Source of the DNA: Eledone cirrhosa
Lineage: Eukaryota
NCBI GenBank assembly: GCA_964016885.1
Contig: OZ024741.1
Span: 237,088,001 to 237,152,000 of the forward strand
DNA length: 64,000 nucleotides
Direction: 5' to 3'
In this document: one piece after another, positions 50,718 through 63,030 of the stretch
Layout: every line of letters begins with the position of its first letter
Numbering within the stretch: position 1 is the stretch's first letter
The notes under the pieces: generated by a model
Database searches by the model: none
Told to the model about the DNA's origin: nothing
The model's input: only the letters and a program-made list of their open reading frames with translations
Program-made: the position numbers and the translations under genes

Positions 50718-52932
50718 CATCATCATCATCATCAGCGTTTAACGTCCATCTTCCACGCTTGCATGGGTTTGGACGGGAGTTTTCCCACTTGAGGCAAGAT
50801 TTGTTGTCCTGCTCGTATAGGACTGTCTGGCGGGTTTTCTATGGATGGATGCCCTTCCTAACACCAACCACGTTTACAGTGTGGACTGGGAGGTTTTTAC
50901 CGTGTTACCTACACGGCTACATTACAGCGTGGACTGTGTTTTTTTTGTCGTGACACCTACACGACCTCATTTGTTTCGGACTGGATGTTGTGGTACCAAC
51001 ATAACTTCACATTTAAGGGGGTGTATTTTGTTAGAGGTGCCTACTGACTAGGTTTTGTTTTGTACTTAGGCAAGGCGGGTCTTCTGTATGACTGTAGCGC
51101 CAAAGATCTCGGTCCAGTGACATTGTCTTGGAGAGGTGTGTGTGAGGTCGGAATTTATCAAGTCGTCCCAGGTTTTTCTGGGTCTGCCTACTCCGTGGCT
51201 ACCGTCTATTTTTATCGCCCTGCACTTTTTTATACAGCTGTTGTCTTTCATGCGCATCACGTGACCGTACCAACGTAGTCTTCTCTCGAGTAAACAACAT
51301 CTGATCCCTCTTATTCCTAATTTCTCCCTTAGTTCGTTTATGCTTTGCCATTCACGTATATTACTATTACATATCCAGCGGAGCATGCAAGCTTCGTTTC
51401 TCTCTAGTCTGCGTATATCCTCTGCACACAATGCCCAGGTCTCACTGCCATGCAACATTGCTGTTCGTATGCAGGCATCATACAGCCTGCCTTTCATATT
51501 TAGAGAGAACCCTTTAGCAGCCAATAGTGGTATAAGCTCTCTGAACTTTTTCCATCCCGTTCTGACTCTAGCTACTGTACTTTCAGAGCACCCTCCCCCA
51601 TTGCTGATTTTGTCACCCAGGTAACGGAAGGTGTCCACTATTTCTATAGAACCATCTGTGCAATGGAATGAGCTAGTATTCTGTGGGCACTTGCTGCAAC
51701 TTATTGCACCAGAGCACCGGCCACATATAAAATCTATATTCTTAGTTAGCTTACCTGTGATCCCACTACATCTTTTATGACCCATACTTTGCATTTGGGA
51801 CATAAAATGGAGTTTCTGCCTACTCCTTTCCTACACACTGAGCATGGCCATTTCCCAGATGGGACCGGTGCCCTATTTTCCTTCCTACAAACTAGAACTT
51901 TAGTCTTAGACAGGTTAACTTTAAGGCCTTTTGATTCTAGGCCATGCTTCCATGTTTGGAATTTCTTCTCTAGTTCAGCCATTGATTCAGCTATGAGCGT
52001 TAGATCATCTGCATATAGGAGTTCCCATGGGCAGCCGGTCTTGAACTCCTCTGTTATAGCCTGAAGGGCAATAATAAATAGTAGGGGGCTAAGAACGGAG
52101 CCCTGATGAACACCAACTTTTACGCTAAACTCTTCACTATATTCGTTGTTAATTCTAACCTTGCTGACTGTTTCTTTATACACGGCTTGTATAGCTCTCA
52201 CAAGCCATTCATCAACACCTAGTTTTCCAAGCGCCCACCAGATAATGGAGCGGGGGACTCTGTCAAAGGCTTTCTCCAAGTCAACAAAAGCTAAGTATAG
52301 GGGTTTACTTTTAGCTAGGTACTTCTCCTGTAGTTGTCGTACAATGAAAAGAGCGTCTGTGGAACTTTTACCTGACACAAATCCGAACTGCATTTCATCT
52401 AGATCAATTCGTTCTCTGATTAGTTGCGCTATTACTTTTTCTGTGACCTTCATGACCTGGTCGATTAATTTAATGCCTCTATAGTTACCCCTATCAAGAG
52501 CATCTCCTTTACCCTTGTAGCAGTTAATGATGATGCTGCTACGCCAGTCCTTCGGAACGGCCCCATTTCGTATGACTTGGTTTACTATCCGGGTGACCAT
52601 AGTGTGTCCCACCGTTCCAGATGCTTTCAGCATTTCAGCAACTATTTCCGAAGGCCCAGCCGCCTTACCCGTCTTCATATCTTTGATTACCTTACTTATT
52701 ATACTACCTTCAACTAGCACTGCTGGTCCCTCTATTGGATCGATGTGGGGGAGACTGTCTTTCTCCCATTTATTCTCCTCATTTAGTAGCCTTTTGTAGT
52801 GACACTTCCAAGCTACCTTCTTATCAGCGTCAGTGATGGCAAGTACACCATCATCATTAAGGACACACTTCTCTCCAACAATATCACGGTTTTCCTTGAC
52901 ACATTGCCTAGCAATCCTGAACACCTCACGTT
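50718..52932 (-). mobile_element. 5'-truncated RTE LINE (second family): RT, PHD-type finger, 3' UTR, (GAT)n tail
   Basis: NYRGIKL, QFGF, DLEKAFDRV, GVHQGSVLSP, LLYADD, RRLRWYGHV; frameshift at ~51780; CATCATCAT tail at 50718-50733. Confidence 0.95.
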
Positions 52933-52968
52933 TGTGTGTATAATATATATATAAATCTACATACATAC

Positions 52969-53233
52969 ATAATATAAAATCAAAAGATGGTTAAAAGAGT
53001 TCCATGTATTTTATTATGCGCATTTCAAAAACAAATATCATGGGATGATATTTGCGTTCTCATCAGATATGTTGATTTAACACTTCACTGCTTGCAAGTG
53101 TTTTTTAAGCTTCATATCATGTCTCCCTATTTTCTCTGATGAGAACGCAAATATCATCCCATGATATTTGTTTTTGAAATGCGCATAATAAAATACATGG
53201 AACTCTTTTAACCATCTTTTGATTTTATATTAT
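52969..53233. repeat. Perfect 99-bp inverted repeat (52969-53067 / 53135-53233), 67-bp spacer
   Basis: Base-by-base reverse complement checked by eye with no mismatches. Confidence 0.95.
53128..53195 (+). ncRNA. Minimal type-I hammerhead ribozyme (Penelope-like)
   Basis: Stem I TATTTTCT (53128-35) / ATAAAATA (53188-95, one mismatch); CTGATGA 53136-42; stem II GAACGCAAATATCAT-CCC-ATGATATTTGTTTTT; GAAA 53176-79; palindromic stem III ATGCGCAT; predicted AUA cleavage after 53187. Confidence 0.72.
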
Positions 53234-55099
53234 TTATACTCCAGTCATATAAACTGTTGAGTTATCCGATATTTGCATTGCTTTATTGTGCTACAATAAA
53301 ACTCACCGCCTACATTACATACATACATTTACCTATGTATATAGCTATGCATTTATACATTTGTATATATACATGCATTTATATTTAAGTGTGTAAAGAT
53401 GTTGACATGATTTATGGGTTATTTTGGTAAGAAGAAAATGTTGTCTCCAGATGTTATTACCTAGGGAGATTAAATACCACAGCTCTGGCTGAAAGCTGAC
53501 TAGGTTCGCAACCTCATCAAACACGAACGCCGGCCTCTGTGTGTATATATGTGTATGTATGTACGTATGCATGCGTGTGTTGTGTATGATTGTACGTATG
53601 TATATGTATACACCCACACATTTCATCACCATTGCTTCTTTTTCATGTCGTTTCTGTTGTTCTTGTAACTTGTCAAAGTTGAAGTCTTTATTTTCATTTT
53701 CTTTGATTTCTTTCGTTTTTCTTTTATCTCCCTATTGAATTCGTTGACAAGCTACTTTTATTTATTTTTTTCGTTTTCTTCATTCGAATGCATTTACACT
53801 GGCTGTCTCAGAGACATACAAATATGGCTTATAAAACTTACCTAAGTAAATAGCCTTCTGGCGCCCCCTTGAGCTCCCCCCTCCCCGAGAACCTTTGCTG
53901 TAGAGCATCTCACCTAACACTCTAATACTTCCGCCAGTTCATCAACATGGACTGGTACTTTATTTTATCAATATCCCCCAAAAGATAAAAGGTGAAGTTG
54001 ACCTCACCAGGATTTGAACTCAGAAGACAAGGTGCCGGAATAAATAACACCTGGCCCTTGAGTGACTTTAGCAGAGCCCACTTTGTTGCAAGCATTCAGA
54101 CAAGCTCTCTAATTTGAGGATACTTTCTTAACTTAACCCTGTAGCCTCCAAAATCTGAAGGACCATGGATACTGCCCTTCTTTCTGATCAAATGATAAAA
54201 AGAAATTAAGATTTGGTTCTGTGGCTCAGTGTGCCATAAGTAGCAGTCCCGTCCCCCTACAGTCTCAAAAAAGGTCACATTAGACAGTGTTGGTCTTAGA
54301 TACATTAAAAAGACAGGATGGTCACACCTTGAATGCCTTTCATCATAAATCTGCTCAATTTAAGCTAAACTATTTGACAAGAATCAGGCTGAGAGCAGGT
54401 CTTTATACATTTGGGGATTTTTTTTCTGGTTTGTTAGTTTTGGGGTTTTTTTTAACAGGAAAACACTGCGAACAAGTTACACTTTTTTTTACGAACATAT
54501 GATGTGAAAAAACAACATACGACTTATCTAATAGATCTACAAAATCTCCATTCAAAATATATGGTACATTGTAAATGTAGGTAAAATGGAAGTGTGACTT
54601 ATACCCGAATATAGTCATTTCGGGGAAAACATCATTTTTGTTTGTTTGGAATTCAATTCTTAAAGCTTATATACTTCGCTTAATTCCGTTATGAATCGGA
54701 TATTCACGAAGATCTTTCACAATTTTTTTAATGTTTTTTTTTTAATGGTGCAAATACAATTCAAATTATTATCCGAAAATATTTTTGATAAATATTAAAG
54801 TTGCATTTATCTTGAGCGGAAAGAAAAATAAATGGTATCAATTTCAATTATGATTTTGCATGCGTGTGCAGATATACGACCATTAGGAGGGGATGTGTAA
54901 CCGGTGTAGATAGTAAATGTCTTCTTGAAAAATCTAGTGTTTTCCCTGTTTAAGATATTCGACGACTAAAATCAACCATAACCAATATTCTTCATAATTT
55001 AATGCTCTAAATCCTTAAAAAATTACCAGTGGATTATATATAAGGCTATTGGTAGTCAAAATTACATAAAAATCTGTAATATATATAGTTAAATATACA

Positions 55100-56940
55100 T
55101 GATTACTTCCCCTAGTTCTGTACCGAGCTGTCCTCCCTACCCCGACGTCAGCTAACCTCCACTGTGCTGGTCAGAACAGGTAAGTACGATAACAACGACA
55201 ACTCTACAGACGACACTCTTGTGTCCCGTTCACAAACCCTGCCTTCAATGCTACTTAACGAGAGTTCGATTCTCACACGTTTCTATTCTAGGGAGCTAAG
55301 GCCATGGTTAATTAAAGTCAAACCGTTGGTTGCGTTAGTAAATCAAACATAGCTTGTCAGACATGACAGTTGAAATATTAAATGTCTCCCAAGAGCCGAT
55401 CTATGGGGGTAAATTATGACTTCTACTCCTGCTACCAGTAAATACACCCCACCTATCTTCACCTCTTTCTCTTTTTCTGCCTCCTCTTTTTTCTTTTGAT
55501 TTTTCTCTCTCTCAACAGAAGTTTCACATTTGCTAGCCAAACCAACGTCACCAAATTTCTCAGCGCTGAGCTGTGTTCTTGTATTGTACAAAGAATAAAT
55601 GTATATTTTTAATAGTGGGAGAGGGAAGAATTGTAGAACTTGTAAAATATTTTCGATATATATTATTTATTAACACTCCATACATTTATTTCTTAAGCCG
55701 AAATAAATCTATTGATAAATCAACAGAACTTGGAATCTAAATGGGTTCTAGACGAAGAATATAAAATTGACCTGGGAGATATTAATAAATACATTTGTTA
55801 GGTTATATTGTGTAGCGGCGAACCTGCTATAAATTGATTTATCTACCCATCTGGGAGTGACATAATATTGTATGAACATACCTTTATCTTTGGACAACTT
55901 TGCCTTTCATCCTTACGGGGTCGATAAAATAAAGCACCAGTAATGCACTGGGGTCGATTTAATCGACTTTCCCTTCCCTTTCAAATTGCTGGCCTTGTGC
56001 CTAAAGTAGAAACAATTATCATCATTGAAGGCGTTAGAGTTGTAGAATCGTTAGTGCGTCGAATGAAAAGCGTTGCAATATTTCTTTACGGCTTTCTACG
56101 TTCTGGGTTCAAATCCCGCCTAGGTAAACTTTGCCTTTCATCCTTCTTGGGTCGATAAAATAAAGTACTTCCTTTCAAATTGCTGGACTTGTGCCAAATG
56201 TAGAAGCAGTTATGACAGGACAATGGATTGGCAGAGCCGTTAGACTGTCTGACAAATGCTTAGCAGTATTAATTCCGGGCCTTTACGTTCCGAGTCGAAT
56301 TCCACCAAGGTCAACTTTGTCTTTCATCCTTCTGGGGTTAATAAGTATCATTAAAGTACTAAGGTCGATATAATCTACTTTCCCTTTCTCTAAAATTGCT
56401 AGCCTTGTGCCAATGTTAAAAATAATTATTATTGTTATTAGGGTGGATCCAGCTATTGGCTGGGTCCATTGTAAAGATACCCCGCTATCTTTTATTGGAA
56501 AGGGCAGACAGTTTTCATCTTCCTGGTGGCCATGGGAAAAGGGGTTGTATGGGGAACATGGTTGAAAGGGTTGAGGACAGGCACTATCCTCTTCAGTGGA
56601 GCCCTGATTAACCATTTCAAGTTTCACTTGAATAGGAAGACGAGAGAGGAGAGTGATGTGCTGTCTTCCAACAAGTTTGTTAAAAGATGGATGAGAGTGG
56701 CAAGCATGGTCTGATTGAACAAGCCTGATCTCTATGTGCCTGTAGTTTGGAGGAGGCAACTGGAAGAGGGCAGTTGCTCTAGCTTACATAGTGGCCATGG
56801 CTTTTTGTGTGCTTTCAAATTTTTTACAATTTTACACAAAACACCCACATAATGTCCTGTGCTACCTATGTTTTCTTGATATCAACCCTGTATGGTTAAT
56901 AAAGAAATCATTATTATTTATTATTATTATTATTTTTCAG
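55100..56940 (+). promoter_or_regulatory. Candidate 5' non-coding exon and intron of ZNF gene 4
   Basis: Consensus donor CAG|GTAAGT (exon end 55179) in a CpG-richer patch; acceptor TTATTTTTCAG at 56940. Confidence 0.5.
55890..56440 (+). mobile_element. Head-to-tail array of 3 tRNA-head SINE units
   Basis: ACTTTGCCTTTCATCCTT...GGGTCGATAAAATAAAG...AAATTGCTGGCCTTGTGCC occurs three times, with B-box-like motifs GGTTCAAATCC and GAGTCGAATTCC. Confidence 0.85.
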
Positions 56941-57427
56941 ACATGACAAATTTCATCCCATTTGCCCTCGATGTTATTTTGGAGCTGGAATTTTACAACT
57001 TTCCATTTCTTCTGTCAAGAAAGCAGTTTTTCACTGTGTCCTTTGTGTAGCTGAAAATCTTGATTGAAACTTGATAATATTTTACATTTCCAATTTCATT
57101 ATATCTTTGTCACTTAGTTTTCATCAATCTGATTATTGTTGGGATATTGTCTTATTAAATGACTCCAAACTGTACTGAACAGGAATCACACAGTGAACCA
57201 CAATTAATGATTTCAGCACTTTTGTCAAAATATTAATCATAAGGTGATGTTTGTCATAAGAAAATTATCATAGGGAGAGATTTGTCTTAAGATTTGGAAA
57301 AAAAAAGGAAAGGTGAAGGAAGAATATAGAAGCTTTCGTTTGAAATAAGAATTTAAAAGTTCTGTATTGTATCAGGTGGAAAACCTAGTAAAATTGATTT
57401 GTTTTGTTGTTGTTTGTGTGAAGAATT

Positions 57428-58270
57428 ATGTATTCGGTGGCATCTGTAGGAAAACAACCCCCATTGAATTATTCTGAAGAAAGTGTTGAAGGTTCTGGCA
57501 CAGTAGTAACGTGTCACATTGAAACAAATTTTGAAACCAATACTAGCAAACCATCTGTCAAGAGAGACAAACCTTTCAAATGTGGAATTTGCCGGAAAGG
57601 ATTCACATTGAAAGCCTATTTGAGTCGGCATCAACTTGCACCAGAGGCTGGCAAACACTTTAACTGTCCATTCTGTTCAAAAGTCTTTCCACAGAGAGAC
57701 CGACTTGACAATCATCAGCGGACCCATACAGGAGAGAGACCTTTCACATGTGATGTTTGCAGTAAGGCCTTCTCTCAGAAATCTCACCTAAACACACACA
57801 AACTTATACACACAGGTGTGAAACCTTATCACTGCAGCTTGTGTCCCCGGGCTTTTTCCCAGAAGGATCATTTGATCAAACACCATCGTACACATACTGG
57901 AGAGAAACCTTTTCACTGCCTTGTCTGCAAGAAGGCTTTCAGCCAACGCACACACCTTAAGAAACATGAGCTGATTCATGCTAATGGTGGCAGTGGTAAA
58001 CGAGGAGGTGGAGGAAATGTTACTCAGTATCAACAACACCATCATCACCACCATCCACATAACCATCAACATCATCACCATCACCACCACCAGCACTCAC
58101 CTATCAATACAGCAAACTCATGTCCTCATCATATGCCAGCCTCGCAACAACAGCAACAACAACAACAGTCACATGTATCTGGATCATGTCCTCATCATAC
58201 ACCACAACAACAGCCACAGCAACCGCAACAACAACAACAACAACAACAACCACAACAACCACAACAGCAG

Positions 58271-58314
<44 letters not shown>

Positions 58315-58591
58315 ACCACAGCAGCTGCAACAACAGACTAGCCAAGCTAACTGTACAATTGCAATGAACAACAGCAATTCATCTCCATCTCCATCACCTC
58401 CAGCTGTAGCAATTCAACTTGGTCCCCGACCAGAGAGTAGTTACTCAGCTTGGAAGAGAAGTCTGCAGCCTGGCACCAACTGGAATGCCTCTACCTGGCC
58501 GTCCAATGCACAGACCCCATCTTATGGGGTTGGCCAAAGTAAATGTGAAAACCAAGAAGCAGTTCATAGTATTCAAACCTTGCTACAGTAG
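57428..58591 (+). CDS. C2H2 zinc-finger protein (4 canonical + 1 degenerate finger) with His-rich and poly-Gln C-terminal region
   Basis: Intact 387-aa ORF; TGERP/TGVKP/TGEKP linkers; first finger lacks its second His; His and Gln/Pro tracts. Confidence 0.92.
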
Positions 58592-58893
58592 GAGAAAAAC
58601 ACACATTCTCTCTCTCTCTTTCTCTCTCTCCTCTCTCACTCTCTTTGTTTCTCCTCATCTCATTAAATCACACCATGACAGTATCTCTATGTCATCTAGT
58701 TACTGATATGACAATAATGTTAAAAAGGAGTCAAAGGACCTTAAGTTTATACATTTTCTCCTGCAATATTTATACTGACATTATAGTGGTTATCTGTGAA
58801 ATGTTTTAAAACATCTTTCTGATATATACACATACATACATATGTGAACATACACACAGGCAGTGAGACAGATATATTCTGAAGTAGTAACTC

Positions 58894-59156
58894 TTAACCC
58901 TTTTGATACCAACCTGCCTATAGTTTTATAATTAAAAAAATGATAAAAAACGAATTCTAACTTTCCAACATAATTTTCAGTAAAACCCTTTCATGTTGTT
59001 AACACCAACTTAATAATTATTTCTTTATTTAACACCATCTTAATAATGAAAAGGCTAGTTATTTTACTAAATCCTTCCTAATTCTGACTTACTTTTCAAA
59101 ATCCATTATAACAAATGGATAGTGTTTCATTGGAAATATGGTAACGAAAGGGTTAA
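58894..59156. mobile_element. piggyBac-like MITE family B
   Basis: TTAA|CCCTTTTGATACCA ... TGGTAACGAAAGGG|TTAA. Confidence 0.85.
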
Positions 59157-59290
59157 AAGGTAACTTACAATGTATCTATATAAACTCGTCTCCCTTGTAC
59201 ATACACACATATATATATACATGGAGATATAAACACACATACACATATATGTACACACAAAGATATAGACACATATACATACAGATATAA

Positions 59291-59321
<31 letters not shown>

Positions 59322-59349
59322 AATGTATATGTATATATGTCTTTATCTT

Positions 59350-59388
<39 letters not shown>

Positions 59389-59536
59389 TGAGATACAGAC
59401 ACATACACACAAAAGACTTGGGGGCTGAATGACCCCATCAGAACTTCACAATGTTTTTCAGTTTGAAGTTCTTATTAAAGAATTTGTTGAAAACCTGCCA
59501 AAGTTTGAAATTTGGGCAGGTGGAATCAAGTGAAAT

Positions 59537-59746
59537 CTTCATCATCATCATCATTATCAACACTTTAATGTATCTTTTCTATGCTTGCATGGAATAGGCA
59601 GGCTGCCACATTATTAGGCCAGACCGACCAGGTGACCATGTCTTGCTTATATCCTCCTTTTTTGCCTTGGTTTTCTATAGTTGGATGCCCTTCCTAATGC
59701 CAATTACTTCACAGCATGTACTGGGAGCTTTTTTGTGGCTCCACGA
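59537..59746 (-). mobile_element. RTE-related SINE tail
   Basis: CATCATCAT...ATGCTTGCATGG...GGATGCCCTTCCTAATGCCAA; same module as ~40705-40895, ~43268-43470 and ~62330-62642 (+). Confidence 0.8.
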
Positions 59747-59909
59747 TTATGAGAGTTAAAATTGCAAGTATTTGCGGCCATAATGAACAAAGTGATTATG
59801 ATTGGTATGGTAGGAAGGGAATACAGTAAAGGGAATCTCTTGTGGTCTAATGGAGGAAACAGAACTTCAGCTTTACAGGAGTAGTTTACTGGAGTAGTTC
59901 ACACAGAAT

Positions 59910-60625
59910 AGGTGGTAAATTGTCAAAATCATTAGAACATCAGATAGAATATTTTGTGGCATATGTTCTGGCTTTCTGCATCTCAGTTCAAATCCTGCTG
60001 AGATCAACTTTGCCTTTCATTCTTTCGAGGTCAATAAAAAATACCAGTCCAGTACTGGGTTTGAGTCTTCCTCTGTATCCCTTTCTCACTTCCTCTCTCT
60101 CATGCTCTCCCCTTCTCTGAAAGAAATTGGCTGTGTTTCGAGCTGGAGAGTGGATGGGCTGTTCCAAATTTAAAATACCACGACACCATCCTTGTGACTC
60201 ACTCAGAAGTTACGGGTCCATACATATATACAGATTACATACAGAGAGAAGGGATGGATGGTTCAGTGGATGCAGTAGATCAATTGACCTCTGTTGGTTT
60301 CAATGATGAGTGTTCCAGTTGTTCAATCAACTGTATATCCTCCTGATGAAATTAACGGGCAAGTGGCTGAGTATTCCCGAGGCATGTGTATCCATAATGT
60401 AATTCTTAAGGAGATTTAGTTTGACAGAGTGAGTGACAAGGCTTGTCCTTTGAATTATATGTATACTTTGATGGGCTTCTAAACAGTTTCCATCTAATTT
60501 CACTCACAAGGCATGGGTCAACCTAAGGCTATGGCAAATGATACATGTCCAAGATGCGAAGCAGTGGCATCAAACCTTGGACCTAATGATTGCAAAGTGA
60601 ACCTCTTGAACATTTAGCCATGCTG
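59910..60625. mobile_element. Plus-strand long-tail SINE (~59910-60222) followed by minus-strand SINE sequence (~60240-60625)
   Basis: CAGTTCAAATCC, core and GAAGTTACGGGTCCATAC tail; minus-strand head at 60560-60625 related to 50351-50470. Confidence 0.7.
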
Positions 60626-62794
60626 CGTTCCCATGTAGTAGATAACATTAGGAATTAGGATTCAAATGGAGTGGAATAAATTATGAGAATTACTGCCTCA
60701 GTTGGTAATGTATTGTTTCTCTGTTGAAAAGGCAAATTATGGAGTGCGAGAAAAGTGTTTAGTGAATACAAAGGGATTAGAAGAAGTCATCATGAAGTAT
60801 GATTTAGAATATTTTGTGTGTAAGATTGCTCAGATTATACGTCTGTTTGGGCATGTAGTAGTATAAATAGATGATGATGGTGATGATGATACATTTGTTA
60901 GAAATTAAAGGGTTGTAAGTAATGTTTGAGGTAGAATTATAAAGAAAACAATGAGGTAGTTAGATCACAGCTAAAAATGATCTAGATGTCTCACAAAATC
61001 TTCACATTACATTGTTAACTTATTGAAGCAATGTTAGCAAAGATAAGGTTAATCGAGTAGGTTGTTAAATTATGGTGAAACTGATGTATGTTTTTGTACA
61101 TGTATGAATTGTTTTTTTTTTTTCAATTTTCATTTGATTTACAGTATTGTATTTTGTTAATATATTTCATTATACATTGATCTTGTCATATATAAGATTT
61201 CTTTTACAATCTTGTTTTTCTTTTCTTTTTTATGGTGAATTTGCAGAAACATTAGTGTCAGATGAAATGACTTGCAATATATATTCTGGCATTTTGAGTT
61301 CAAACCCAGCTACAATCAACTTTGCCATTCATCTTTCCAGAGATGTTAATCACCAGTCATGGGCTGGGAATTGGCAGGATCATTAGTGTTAAATTGGATA
61401 CCTTGTGGTATTTGTTCTGGTTCTTTGTATTCTAAATCTTGCCATGGTCGTCTTGGGCAGTAGACTTAACTCATGGCCTGACTCCTGAATGCCTTTAGCA
61501 GAATTTATTCTGTTGTAAGAATCTCCAGTTTGAGGATACCTTTCTCCCTCCCATTAATCTCAGAGACCCTGAAAAGTGTCATGATGGGCACTGCTATTTC
61601 TCCTAAGTGACCCCCCCCCCCCCCCCCAAAAAAAAACATGCCCACCCTGTTTCTTATTCATCTGCCACCCTTTTAGAAAGCCACTGTTATGGTACACTCA
61701 AAGCAAACATCCACCAGGCATCTATAGTATTATTTTTAGTTCCTGTTGATACATGAAGTTGAGATCAAACAGTTGAATCTAATTCTCCTTTAATGTCACC
61801 TTCCCTTTCCCTTTGATCTTGCGGGGTCATGGGGCACTGCATTATGCAGTGAATTTTGGGTCAATACAACCTGGCAGAGCCCATCCCTCTCAGGGCTCTG
61901 CTTTAATGGCTGACAAAACTCAGTCCATTATGAATTCAAAACTTTCATTTGAACCCCTTTGAAAACCAAACCACCAGAAACTGACCCTAGTTGTATAATA
62001 CAAAGATTTTTGTTTTAAAGTGCTTATATTTATCTAAAAACCCTCTATTCTAATTCTATATAAGAACCTTTAAGTTATATTCTAAATACCAGTTTAATAA
62101 TGTGGTGATATTACAAAGTCTTCCAAATTCTTGATGACTTTCAGAATTATCTGAACAAGTCAGTGTGATTTGAAAAAAAATATCCACTATGAGATTTAAC
62201 AGGTGTCCTTTATTTTTGAAGCACATATACACAGTTCAAGACAAAATATAAAAAAGAAAAAAAAATACAGTTCAAGTTAACTTCTGATGAGTGAAGTTTA
62301 GAAATTTGCTTGCCAAGGACATGACAACCTTCATAGTGTTGGTGACATACACAATAAACACACCCAGTACATGCTGTAAAGTGGTTGGTAATAGGAAGCA
62401 CATCCAGCTGTAGAAAGTTTGCCAAATAAAGGGTTGGGAGGACCCTTAGTTGTGTCAAAGACATAACAACCTCCCCTGTGCACTCTGTAGAACGTGAAAC
62501 TGTACATAAGCGAGATGCAGATCCTTGGCATGTCTGGGAGATCAGCAGCCCTGTTTTAGTACTGACTTGGTCTACATTGACCCGTGCAACACTTGCTAGC
62601 AGAGAAAGTGGATGTTAAAACAACAACAGCGATGATGATGATTGCATGGTGGGAGCAAGGGCTGTCTAATGTTTTAGTGGTAGTGGTGGGGGTCTCTTGC
62701 TATACCTGAGAAAAACATGGAATTTTTCAACTCTGTAATATAGACATTGCTTGTGTGTGAATGTATGTTCAATGACAACTAAATGTCACTGTAT

Positions 62795-63030
62795 ATAATA
62801 GGTATGGCCATGTGATGCACATGGAAAATGACTGCTAGGTGAAGAAGTGCCAAGAAATCCCAGTGGAAGGAAGCATGAAAAACATGGACGGAGGTGGTGA
62901 GAGCTGACCTCAGATTGCTGAAGCTCAAAGAGAAGATTGACGAGGGACCGTGATGAATGGAGAGATGCTGTGCTGAAGATGACCCATCCTACCCTTGTAA
63001 GCAGAGAAAAGCAGACCTAAAATGATGATG
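62795..63030 (+). mobile_element. RTE LINE extreme 3' fragment
   Basis: YGHVMHME...VKKCQEIPVEG...KTWTEVVRADL followed by ACCCTTGTAAGCAGAGAAAAGCAGAC...ATGATGATG. Confidence 0.75.

Larger units (their letters stand above)
49902..53897. mobile_element. Non-autonomous hAT-like element hosting nested insertions
   Basis: Perfect 11-bp TIR CAAAGGTTCTC / GAGAACCTTTG; subterminal GCCCCC motifs; 8-bp flanks AGTTAGAG / CTGTAGAG (5/8 match); the flanks resemble two halves of one minus-strand SINE head. Confidence 0.6.
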
